Source: Candidatus Aenigmatarchaeota archaeon
GTDB lineage: Archaea; Aenigmatarchaeota; Aenigmatarchaeia; GW2011-AR5
Assembly (NCBI GenBank): GCA_016198685.1
Contig: JACQID010000004.1
Coordinates: forward strand, 32,001-96,000
Reading direction: 5' to 3'
Length of the DNA: 64,000 nucleotides
Of this stretch, positions 46,530 through 55,196 are shown piece after piece. Position numbers and translations under genes: made by a program. The notes under the pieces are model-generated. The model was not told the origin of the DNA, did no database searches, and saw only the letters and a list, made by a program, of their open reading frames with translations. Numbering within the stretch: the stretch's first letter is position 1; every line of letters begins with the position of its first letter.

Positions 46530-46624
46530 AATTATCATGCATATATTTCAATGACATCTTTCATCACCGCTTAACGTCAAGCCAGTCAAGAGGACAATTA
46601 TCATGCATATATTTCAATGACATC
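46530..46624. repeat. 29-bp exact direct repeat (46530-46558, 46596-46624) separated by 37 bp
   Basis: AATTATCATGCATATATTTCAATGACATC twice; the second copy is the 3' end of the GTPase gene. Confidence 0.9.
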
Positions 46625-47386
46625 CCCGTCATCTAATGTATAACCGAGTCCCACCTGCTTGTTCATCCCCTTCCGGCCAATTCTTGCAAAACGGAAATTC
46701 TTAATGAAATCCTTGTGTATAGCCTTTGCAGCGTCCCTTACTGTCGCACCTCTGGCCAATGACATTGGAGTCTTAGTCTTCTTCGTGTAAACCACTATTC
46801 TGCCCAATGCCTTCCATATTCTTTCTTTTACGCTGCTTGGCGTTTCTTCACGTGGATTGACAGTCAATGATTTTGTGCGTATATACTTGTCATCAAGCAT
46901 ACTGCGCAGCATTTTTTCTTCTTTCGGATTTTTTATTACAATAATAACAAGCTCGGCCGTTCTCGCTATGCTGACGTAGGCAGGTTCGAATGTTGAAGGT
47001 ATCTCGATAATCTGTATCTTGACCCCTTTCCAATCCATCATGCCTATCTCGGGCTTCACGGTCGTGTATTCATAAGGCGCGATTTCAGGCTTTGCGTCTG
47101 TGATGGCGGCCAAAAGCTGGGATTTGCCGGAATTTGTGTAACCGAGCAAGCATACTTGGGCGTCTCCTTCTTTTTGTATCCCTACTTTTGTCGTGCCCTT
47201 CTTTTCGCCCTCTTTCTTGAGCTTAGCCAGCCTCGATTTCAATTGCGCATGTGCGTTCTCGCTTCCATGATGACGCGGAAGAAGCGATATCATCTCTTCC
47301 AAAGCCGCTATCTTTTCTTCTCGGTTCTTGGCTTGTGCATACTTCATTTCCGCTTTATAATATTCCGCCGGAGGATTGACTGGCAT
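46601..47386 (-). CDS. DRG/OBG-family GTPase with a TGS domain (shortened G domain)
   Basis: MPVNPP.EY, GYTNSGKS, YEYTTVKP..GMM, TGS HKDFIKNFRFA...L.DGDVIEI motifs. Confidence 0.88.
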   Translation of the reverse strand: MPVNPPAEYYKAEMKYAQAKNREEKIAALEEMISLLPRHHGSENAHAQLKSRLAKLKKEGEKKGTTKVGIQKEGDAQVCLLGYTNSGKSQLLAAITDAKPEIAPYEYTTVKPEIGMMDWKGVKIQIIEIPSTFEPAYVSIARTAELVIIVIKNPKEEKMLRSMLDDKYIRTKSLTVNPREETPSSVKERIWKALGRIVVYTKKTKTPMSLARGATVRDAAKAIHKDFIKNFRFARIGRKGMNKQVGLGYTLDDGDVIEIYA

Positions 47387-47648
47387 ATCTATAACTGCGA
47401 CTGAAGGGATAAATCCGTAAGCTTAGCACCCTGTATGCAGATACACAAAGGATGGCATGGCACCATTGTATCCTTGACAACTAAGCATCGGCAATAAGTT
47501 AAGGCGATAATTATGGCAAGATATGTATTTGTGCAAAATCGTAATATAAAAGGTGATTATACGCCTTTTGGCAAGATAGATTCTTTTTAAGGCAAAGAGT
47601 CGTTTTCTGAAACAGAAAGCTTTAAATATGCGTTATTACTAAAGAGTA

Positions 47649-48023
47649 GTGATATTAATGAGAAAAATGAAAGATATTGATGCTAAGATATGGGGCGGCA
47701 AGCATGATATACCTGATGCAGACTATGCTCTAAGGCATCTTCACGGCAATCAAATGGGCTTGCCTGCAATGGTTTACAATGAAAGAAAGATCGATCCAGA
47801 ATATGGGGGAGAGTATAATTTTGAACACTATAGGTCGTTATTTTTATCAGGGCTTAAACAAATTTTGGAATACGGAATGGAGGAGGCAGGTGATGTGACA
47901 TATGAACGCCTACTCAATATCGCCCATCTGGTGGCGTTGCCGGGAGCATGGGATGATCCTGAGAAATTCAGAGAAGCATATTATATGACTTCCAAGATCT
48001 TAGGGAAAAAGCCTATCTTCTAG
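47649..48023 (+). CDS. Hypothetical protein (orphan)
   Basis: 124 aa ORF after an AT-rich promoter-like region. Confidence 0.55.
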   Translation: MILMRKMKDIDAKIWGGKHDIPDADYALRHLHGNQMGLPAMVYNERKIDPEYGGEYNFEHYRSLFLSGLKQILEYGMEEAGDVTYERLLNIAHLVALPGAWDDPEKFREAYYMTSKILGKKPIF

Positions 48024-48341
48024 ATCATGGAGAGAGAAAGGCTTTTCTAATAGCGAGACAGAAGGGTTTGCCTGCAAACCAATCGGGATGTTTGACTTGT
48101 TGCTATAGATTACTACAACATTTCTTGAAAATCCTCTGCCCACTGCTTTTGTCATTCTTTCGCCTGAACAATAATCAGCGTCAATAATAACGGTGCCGGC
48201 ATAGCCAGGCAGGTCGACGCCTCTCGGTTCATAGCCTGCATTATGGTCTCCATTTTGCAGTCGATATGCAATAATGTCTTGTATAGGTGATCTGCCCACA
48301 AGGAGGATATTTGCGAGTTGCATATGATAATCTGTATTCAA
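48000..48341 (-). CDS. Stand-alone response-regulator receiver-like domain (degenerate)
   Basis: ILLV, VIIDAD, VVVIYS and LLEKPFSLHDL match the CheY-fold beta1/beta3/beta4/beta5 pattern. Confidence 0.6.
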   Translation of the reverse strand: MNTDYHMQLANILLVGRSPIQDIIAYRLQNGDHNAGYEPRGVDLPGYAGTVIIDADYCSGERMTKAVGRGFSRNVVVIYSNKSNIPIGLQANPSVSLLEKPFSLHDLEDRLFP

Positions 48342-48745
48342 AATATAAAAAGCATCAATGTATTAATTATAAGTATCAATAGCTTTCATGGTTACTGTTT
48401 TGGGAAGTCAATTTACGTTTGTACGGCACAGCCCAAAAATCTTTCAATTCATGATGACCACATATTTTCCTGAAGACATTCCGCGCAACAAGGCTTCGTA
48501 CATGAGCCACATTCTGTGCAATGGATTTTTGCCAATACTGAATCCGGAGATGGGTTATGTTGAAATAGGCACTCCCAGCTTAGAAGCAGGCTCGTAAGGC
48601 TTGCAAATGATGATTCTCTGCCGGATGACGGAATGACGGGGAGAGGATACTTGAATACGTAAGGTGTCTGGGAAACGTGAGTCCTCGTGATGAAGATGGG
48701 CTAAGAAATCTTTATGAGAAGGGCATAAACATGCAGAGGGAGAAT

Positions 48746-49342
48746 CTAGAGAAATGTCATAGATATCAAAATAAGCTCTTCCCATTCGATTTTTTCCCTC
48801 TTAATTACAGATGCTTTGAACCCATATCTATTGCATAGTGCCAGAACTTCTTTTTCTCCACTAAGAGAAGAGATAATGAAGAATATCATTCCATCCTTCT
48901 TAAGATAAGTTGCCGCTTGGTTCAAAAAAGCATATATCGTCTCCCTTCCTGTCGGGCCGCTTACCAGTTGAGCTTTAGAATTGCCTAAGTATTTATCACT
49001 CTCATCTGCCGGTAGATAAGGCGGATTGAAGGCTATTATGTCAAATTTGCCTTCTATGGAAGAAAATAGGTCAGATACTATAGTTTTGATATTCACGTTG
49101 TTGAAATTGGCATTCTTTCCCGTTGCAGTCACTGCGTCTTGATTTATATCTATAGCGGTTACAGTTGCTCCTTTTTTTGCAGCAACAATCGAAGAAAGCC
49201 CTGCGCCGCATCCTATTTCCAGGAAGGCCGTGCCTTTCTTCACTTTTTCAGAAACCACTTCTGCGAGGAGCAGTGAATCTTCTTCAGGATAATAAACTGA
49301 ATCGGGCACTTCGAGTTTTATGCCTTTATAATTAAATTCCAT
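48746..49342 (-). CDS. HemK2/Mtq2-family release factor glutamine methyltransferase
   Basis: VYYPEEDSLLL, LEIGCGAG, DIN, SDLF, FNPPYLP, GRETI motifs. Confidence 0.9.
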   Translation of the reverse strand: MEFNYKGIKLEVPDSVYYPEEDSLLLAEVVSEKVKKGTAFLEIGCGAGLSSIVAAKKGATVTAIDINQDAVTATGKNANFNNVNIKTIVSDLFSSIEGKFDIIAFNPPYLPADESDKYLGNSKAQLVSGPTGRETIYAFLNQAATYLKKDGMIFFIISSLSGEKEVLALCNRYGFKASVIKREKIEWEELILISMTFL

Positions 49343-49365
49343 GGATTATATTGCGAAGAAAGCGA

Positions 49366-50013
49366 TTAAACATAACCGCTGTTTGTTGTAGCCTCAATGA
49401 AGCCTGTGATAAAGCCTGCAATAGCTATAAACACAAAGAAACCAACCGCCAAGCCTGTGCAGGCTGTAAGAAGCACCGCTCCTGCAGCTTTGCCCATACT
49501 CATATTATGAAGAACAGACATACCGACTATACTTAGATATAGTGCATAGAAACCGCAAATTGTCCAAATCAAAAGCCATACCATTGAACCTATTGCAGGT
49601 ATCCACATAATAGGGAATAAAAGAGCTGTAATTTGGTGAGGAGTATTACTATATACTACAGCTTTGTATGTTTCTGAATAATAATTCTTTGCGCCAAGGA
49701 TTTTTGCAAATGCATGCAACATTCCGGCAGCGATGAATCTCCATACTATTCCCGTTATCCAGACAAAGCCAAAAACTACAATATTGATAATGCTTCCAGC
49801 TACAGCCGTTTCTCCCAGCGCCCCTTGATAAAGAGAACTCATCGCAAGACCCAAAATAAGGGCAAGCAAGGTTGTTGCTATAGCAGGAATAAGCGAAATA
49901 GAGAAGTAATACTTGAAGGCATCGCCAATTCCCTTCTCCTTCTTGGCAGAAGCGAAGAATTTTGACGGGGTTAAAAGAATGCTGCTAATTTTTAGAAGAA
50001 TTCGGGCATTCAT
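49366..50013 (-). CDS. Yip1-family membrane protein (copy 1)
   Basis: LLTPSKFF, LHAFAKILG, Y.ETYKAVVYS, Y..YL.I.G.SVLH.MSMGKA motifs. Confidence 0.85.
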   Translation of the reverse strand: MNARILLKISSILLTPSKFFASAKKEKGIGDAFKYYFSISLIPAIATTLLALILGLAMSSLYQGALGETAVAGSIINIVVFGFVWITGIVWRFIAAGMLHAFAKILGAKNYYSETYKAVVYSNTPHQITALLFPIMWIPAIGSMVWLLIWTICGFYALYLSIVGMSVLHNMSMGKAAGAVLLTACTGLAVGFFVFIAIAGFITGFIEATTNSGYV

Positions 50014-50021
50014 TTTCTAGC

Positions 50022-50573
50022 CTATGCTACTGCCTGTGCGCCGGCAGCAAGTATAGCAAATATGACTGTTCCGACTAATGCCAGAACTGCAACCATGGCC
50101 AGTAAGAGCGGAACAAGAATCACGGCCGCAGCTCTTCCCATGCTGATATTCTGAAGAACTGAAAGACCCTTGATATTTAGATAAATAGAGTATAATGCCG
50201 CTATTATAGACACTAACGGCAGGAAACCTACAAGATATACCGGAGTCGTAGCATACATTCCTGCTTTCAATGTTTGGCTGTATCCATTCTTTCCTCCTGC
50301 TAAGATAACCAATATATGCGTTATCGCTGCTGCAATAAACTGAATAATGATAAAGAAAACTGGCACTATTAGAGATGTTAGGATAATAGCTACGATATCG
50401 AAGCTTGCTATAAGGGAACTTATAGACATGCCAAGCAAAGATCCGACTATGCTAAGCACTGCAGTATATTTGATGACTTCACCATACCCTTCTTCTTTCT
50501 TGACAGATACGAAGAATTTGTCTGGATTGGTAAGAACCAGCTTGATTTTGTCTATTAGAGTAATAGTTACCAT
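50022..50573 (-). CDS. Yip1-family membrane protein (copy 2)
   Basis: LTNPDKFF, THILV..AGGKNGY, IKGLSVLQNISMGRAAAV motifs. Confidence 0.85.
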   Translation of the reverse strand: MVTITLIDKIKLVLTNPDKFFVSVKKEEGYGEVIKYTAVLSIVGSLLGMSISSLIASFDIVAIILTSLIVPVFFIIIQFIAAAITHILVILAGGKNGYSQTLKAGMYATTPVYLVGFLPLVSIIAALYSIYLNIKGLSVLQNISMGRAAAVILVPLLLAMVAVLALVGTVIFAILAAGAQAVA

Positions 50574-50859
50574 TTCATTCTAATGTGTAGCGCATATATA
50601 AATAGTTTTCTATGAATGGGCAAAAGAAAGGTTTAATTGAGATTATCAGCGAAAAAACAGTACAAGACGTTATGAGAGGCCTTAATTCTAAGATATACGA
50701 AAATCAGGCTGCAGCTTCCATGCCGGCGAGAGCTACAAGATAAGTAAGCACAGCAGCTCCTGCAATTATAAAGCCTATGATTAAGGCAAGTAAGAGCGGA
50801 ACAAGAATCACGGCCGCAGCTCTTCCCATGCTGATATTCTGAAGAACTGAAAGACCCTT
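50101..50859. repeat. 71-bp identical segment shared by Yip1 copies 2 and 3 (50101-50171, 50789-50859)
   Basis: AGTAAGAGCGG...GAAAGACCCTT is identical base for base. Confidence 0.9.
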
Positions 50860-51291
50860 TATCGTGAGATAAAGGCTGTAAAGTCCTGCCAAAAATCCTA
50901 TATAAGGAACCCAGCCAAATAAATTTTTTGCAGTCGACCCATATGCAGTCGCTTTATATGTTTCTGTATAGCCATTTCTGCCTCCAAAGAGATATACGAA
51001 GACATGCATTACTGCGGCTCCGACAAAGGAAAGTAAAATTCCGAGTATCCACAAAAGAACAATGGCCATGGCACCCATGCCTCCTAGGAACATTTGGTAA
51101 GTGGGGTTATAGGAAACCATATCTGCTGCGATATTTATCAGAATTATAGAAGCAATCGTGCTAACGAGGGATGTTATTATAAGATATTTTACAGGCTGTC
51201 CAAGTGCTTCCTCTCTTTTAACGGAATTGAAGAATTTTTCAGGATTGGTTAGAACAGTTTTGATCCGTTCTAACAAAGAAAATGTTGCCAT
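50704..51291 (-). CDS. Yip1-family membrane protein (copy 3)
   Basis: LTNPEKFF, MHVFVYLFGGRNGY, IKGLSVLQNISMGRAAAV motifs. Confidence 0.85.
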   Translation of the reverse strand: MATFSLLERIKTVLTNPEKFFNSVKREEALGQPVKYLIITSLVSTIASIILINIAADMVSYNPTYQMFLGGMGAMAIVLLWILGILLSFVGAAVMHVFVYLFGGRNGYTETYKATAYGSTAKNLFGWVPYIGFLAGLYSLYLTIKGLSVLQNISMGRAAAVILVPLLLALIIGFIIAGAAVLTYLVALAGMEAAA

Positions 51292-51322
51292 TTATATTTC
51301 AATGTTCTGAAATATATAAATG

Positions 51323-51443
51323 CTTTTCCATACCGGAATGCTTAAATCAAGTAGGCAACATAGATTTTTTCCTGTGTTTGATCGGTCTTGAAGACGAAAC
51401 CTTTTCCATACCGGAATGCTTAAATCAAGTAGGCAACATAGAT
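51323..51443. repeat. 43-bp exact direct repeat (51323-51365, 51401-51443) separated by 35 bp
   Basis: CTTTTCCATACCGGAATGCTTAAATCAAGTAGGCAACATAGAT twice, just before the gltX ATG. Confidence 0.92.
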
Positions 51444-51449
51444 ACAGTA

Positions 51450-53096
51450 ATGGATGATATTAACGCACTCATAAGACTGTATTCTCTCGCAAATGCCGTT
51501 GAACACGAAGGTCAGGCATCTCCGAAAAGCGTCTTAGGCAAGTTATTGGCTGAAAGGCCTGAGCTTCGCGCGAGCGTACAGCAAATAAGCAGCATGATAG
51601 ACGAAGAAGTGCGAAAAATAAACAAGATAGCCTTAGAAAAGCAGAAAGAAGAGCTAGACCAGATGGATTATCAAAAAGAGGAAAAGAAAGAGGAAAAGAA
51701 AGAGCTGCCTGAACTTGACATAGGCAGGAATGGTCTTGTAGTCAGGTTCGCCCCTAATCCTGACGGGGCACTGCATCTTGGGAATGCCAGACCGGCAATA
51801 ATATGCCACGAATACTCCAGGCGTTACAAGGGAAAGTTCATTCTGCGTTTTGACGATACTGATCCTAAAATAAAAGTTCCTGAAAAGCGATATTATGAAT
51901 GGATACGGGAGGATCTTAAATGGCTGGGCATAACGCCTGACAAGGAAGTTATTTCCTCTTCGCGTCTTACAATTTACAATACTTATGCGACAAAGCTTGT
52001 GGAATTGGACGCGGCATATGTATGCACCTGCGGGGAAGCTTGGAAGAAATACCGTGACAATGCTAAACCATGCCCTTGCCGTTCTCTTGATAAGAAAGAA
52101 AATATGAAACGCTGGAAAATGATGATTTCGCATAAATACAAGGAAGGCGAAGCTGTTCTCCGAGTCAAGACAGAGATTGATGCCAAGAACCCTGCTACAA
52201 GAGACTGGCCTGCAATGCGCATCGTCGATAAGCCTGACCATCCAATGAAGAAAACGCACCTCTGGCCTCTGTATAATTTCGCGTCTGCCATAGATGACCA
52301 TCTCCTCGAGATCACGCACATATTCCGTGGTCAGGAGCATTCGACAAATGAGGTTAAGCAACGTTATCTTTATGAGCATTTAGGCTGGAAATATCCGGAG
52401 ACGATCATACTCGGCCGTTTCTCGCTCTCTGACATGATGCTCAGCAAAAGCTCGATACGCGAGGGCATAGAAAAGGGCGATTTCCATGAATGGGACGATC
52501 CGGGTCTTGGCACGCTTCGTGCATTGCGCAGGCGCGGCTTCGTGCCAGAAGCGATACGCAAGATAGTTGTTGAAGTAGGTTCAAGACCCAATGATATTAC
52601 AATATCGTTTGAGAACCTAGCAGCTTACAACAGGAAGATAATTGATCCTAAAGCCAAGAGATATTTCTTTGTCGCTGAGCCCAAACTGATACTTCTTAAA
52701 GACGGGAAGAAAGCCGTGGTAAAGGCGAAGGTGCATCCTGCCGGTGAAAAGACCAGAAGCATAGCTGTAGGCGACAGGATTTACGTGGAGAAAGATGATT
52801 ATGACAAGTACAAGGGGCTGGAAATAAGGCTCAAGGATTTCTGCAACGTGAAACTAGGCGATACGGCCGAAGTGACAGGGTATGAAATGAAGCCTACTCC
52901 TAAGATACATTGGGTCCCGGAAAAGCATATTGTGGTGCGTGTTCTTATGCCAGGCGGAGAAACCTTAACAGGCGTAGGCGAACCCAACATACTGAAATCC
53001 AAGAAGGGAGAAGTCGTGCAGTTTGAAAGATTCGGATTCGTCCGTATTGAAGGCAAAGAGAAAAGCAGTGTAGGCGCGATATTTTCTCATTCTTAA
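51450..53096 (+). CDS. gltX: Glutamyl-tRNA synthetase (archaeal)
   Basis: YSLANAVEHEG, RFAPNPDGALHLGNAR (HIGH-like), RFDDTDP, THIFRGQEH, LSKS, QFERFGFVR; start 51450, not 51282. Confidence 0.96.
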   Translation: MDDINALIRLYSLANAVEHEGQASPKSVLGKLLAERPELRASVQQISSMIDEEVRKINKIALEKQKEELDQMDYQKEEKKEEKKELPELDIGRNGLVVRFAPNPDGALHLGNARPAIICHEYSRRYKGKFILRFDDTDPKIKVPEKRYYEWIREDLKWLGITPDKEVISSSRLTIYNTYATKLVELDAAYVCTCGEAWKKYRDNAKPCPCRSLDKKENMKRWKMMISHKYKEGEAVLRVKTEIDAKNPATRDWPAMRIVDKPDHPMKKTHLWPLYNFASAIDDHLLEITHIFRGQEHSTNEVKQRYLYEHLGWKYPETIILGRFSLSDMMLSKSSIREGIEKGDFHEWDDPGLGTLRALRRRGFVPEAIRKIVVEVGSRPNDITISFENLAAYNRKIIDPKAKRYFFVAEPKLILLKDGKKAVVKAKVHPAGEKTRSIAVGDRIYVEKDDYDKYKGLEIRLKDFCNVKLGDTAEVTGYEMKPTPKIHWVPEKHIVVRVLMPGGETLTGVGEPNILKSKKGEVVQFERFGFVRIEGKEKSSVGAIFSHS

Positions 53097-53102
53097 AACT
53101 TT

Positions 53103-53675
53103 TTGCATCTTACTGCATGCATGGAACCAATAGAGTTCATAGTAGCTGCATCAAGAACGCGCAGAACTTTGCCTTTTGGGATGAAGGTTAACGAGAGTGT
53201 TCTGGTATGTGACAGAGATGATGTTTTTGCCGTGTCTTTCAGGCAAACAAGAAACGGGAAAATGAAGGAATCTTTCATGGCCGCATCTGAAGAAGGTGCG
53301 GATCGGTATATGGACTTTGTCAGAAAGCGGATGGTCGAGCGCTTTGAATTCGTGTATCAGGACATCGTTCGGCATATGAATCATTATGATATAAATATTT
53401 TGACAATGAATCCTCATATAGAGGCCAGGACAAAGAAAGATTTTTTTGCAGAATTTTTGCATCGTCGTGGCTATAGCAAAGATGCAGGGGACGATGCTGC
53501 AGAGGGCGTTTATGGGAAGGGGATGCCATCTGGGAAAAAATACATGTGTATTAGCGGCAACGCAAAAAATGGAGATAATTATTATTTATGGTCCGTTTTC
53601 GATGCCGATACTTTCGCGAGAAACAGGGAATATCTGCGTTCCCGTTTGCAGGATTGCCGAGCAAAGCTTTCATGA
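53103..53675 (+). CDS. Hypothetical protein (orphan)
   Basis: About 190 aa ORF filling the gap; no motif recognised. Confidence 0.55.
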   Translation: MHLTACMEPIEFIVAASRTRRTLPFGMKVNESVLVCDRDDVFAVSFRQTRNGKMKESFMAASEEGADRYMDFVRKRMVERFEFVYQDIVRHMNHYDINILTMNPHIEARTKKDFFAEFLHRRGYSKDAGDDAAEGVYGKGMPSGKKYMCISGNAKNGDNYYLWSVFDADTFARNREYLRSRLQDCRAKLS

Positions 53676-53792
53676 CGGCACCGGCGCAAAATAATGCTTA
53701 AAAGCATTTCCCGACTAAATTCAGTGAATGGGGAAAATCGGTAGCCTCCTGGCTTTTATGTACAAGACGTTCATGCCAATGGTAATGATGTT

Positions 53793-54458
53793 CTACATTC
53801 TTCTTGTATTGCTGACGCCGCTTAACTTCGAGCCAATATGGTTCGTGCTCGCGTTTTTCCTTGACATATTCAACGAAATAAGGGAATGAATTTGCTCAAG
53901 CGTTATCGGACCCTCTCGCAAAATCTTGTCATTTTGGACGTCGTATATCGTTGACGGTCTTCTTTTCGGCAGATTTCCGGCATCAATTATGGCATCTATT
54001 TTTCCCTCAAATGCCTTCACGACATCGCTAATATTGTATAGAGGGTCTGCGCCTGAGATATTGGCGGATGTCGCAGTGATCGGTCTTTTAAGTGCCGCCG
54101 AAAGCTTACGTGCAAAGCCGTGAGCAGGAACACGAAATGCTATTGTGCCTGTATCGTCTGCCGGAACGACAAGCGTCAGGGGCCCGGGCATGAATTGCTT
54201 GCATAATAGCTGCGTTTCAGGGGTTATCTTGGCGTATCTTTTGATCATTGCAACACGCGAAACTATGACAGAAAGCGGTTTGTCCCGATTACGCTCCTTT
54301 ATATCATATATCTTTTCTTTTGCGTCTTCATTTGAAAAATCGGCGCCTATGCCATAGCTCGTTTCTGTAGGGTATATTATGATGCCGCCTTTTTTGAGGA
54401 CGACGGCAGCTTGTGCCAGACTTTTTTTTTCTTGTGCCAGAAGTATCATAGTTTCCAT
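53793..54458 (-). CDS. sua5: Threonylcarbamoyl-AMP synthase
   Basis: YPTETSYGIG, K.R.RDKPLSV, PGPLTLV, PITATSANISG, PSTI motifs. Confidence 0.93.
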   Translation of the reverse strand: METMILLAQEKKSLAQAAVVLKKGGIIIYPTETSYGIGADFSNEDAKEKIYDIKERNRDKPLSVIVSRVAMIKRYAKITPETQLLCKQFMPGPLTLVVPADDTGTIAFRVPAHGFARKLSAALKRPITATSANISGADPLYNISDVVKAFEGKIDAIIDAGNLPKRRPSTIYDVQNDKILREGPITLEQIHSLISLNMSRKNASTNHIGSKLSGVSNTRRM

Positions 54459-54460
54459 GT

Positions 54461-55072
54461 TTATACCCAGTATTTTAATTCATTTATGTTTTCGCCTTTT
54501 AGACGCACAAAATTTGTATTGGCATGATATGCTGCTTTGGCATCGTGCTCGGTGTCACCTATATACAAAGAACGACAGGGCTTTACGTCAAGCGTCTGAG
54601 CGCATTTTAAGAGCGGTTCAGGATGAGGCTTGTGATTTTTCACATCTTCTCTGCCAATGACAGATGAAAAATAATGCGATATTCCGTGTTTTTGAAGAAG
54701 ATATTGAAGCGACTGGTTGCCCCTGCTGCTTACGATGCCCTGGGAGCATATTTGTGCAACGTATTCGAGCGCTTCTATTGCCCCTTCGTAGAGGGATATA
54801 TCATCCCATGTATGCTCGGATATTCTTCTTCTCGTATTCTCCACGGATTGAGAAAGTTCCAAAGGCACGCCGCCTACCCTTTTTTTGATTAGTGCATCGC
54901 GCATTTCCGGCGCAGTGAGGCCATTAAGTTCAAGAATCTCCTCGGAGGAGGGTATGGAAAGTCCATGATGATAAAATGTTTTCTGTAATGCCAATATGGT
55001 ATGCTGCTGCGAATCGGCAAGCACTCCATCGAAGTCCCACATGACAGCCTCATATTGCGGACGATACAACAT
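54461..55072 (-). CDS. HAD-superfamily phosphatase (Gph-like)
   Basis: WDFDGVLADS (motif I), VSS, KPHP, YIGDT.HD motifs. Confidence 0.92.
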   Translation of the reverse strand: MLYRPQYEAVMWDFDGVLADSQQHTILALQKTFYHHGLSIPSSEEILELNGLTAPEMRDALIKKRVGGVPLELSQSVENTRRRISEHTWDDISLYEGAIEALEYVAQICSQGIVSSRGNQSLQYLLQKHGISHYFSSVIGREDVKNHKPHPEPLLKCAQTLDVKPCRSLYIGDTEHDAKAAYHANTNFVRLKGENINELKYWV

Positions 55073-55196
55073 AAATCGGCTATATCTGAGAGTTTTTATA
55101 AGTTATATTTATCTTTTTGGCGTATATAGAAATATGGAATCAATACAATCTATTTCTATGAATTCTGATACAGTTTCTTTGAAATGAGGTGAATCT

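Noticed and set aside
46530-51443. CRISPR array call for the two repeat-spacer-repeat units
   Set aside because: Each has only two repeats, the two repeats are unrelated, no cas genes or leader are present, and each overlaps a gene end or promoter.
51282-51449. N-terminal extension of GltX containing a duplicated peptide FSIPECLNQVGNID
   Set aside because: It is a translation of the 43-bp DNA repeat; homology and promoter position favour the start at 51450.
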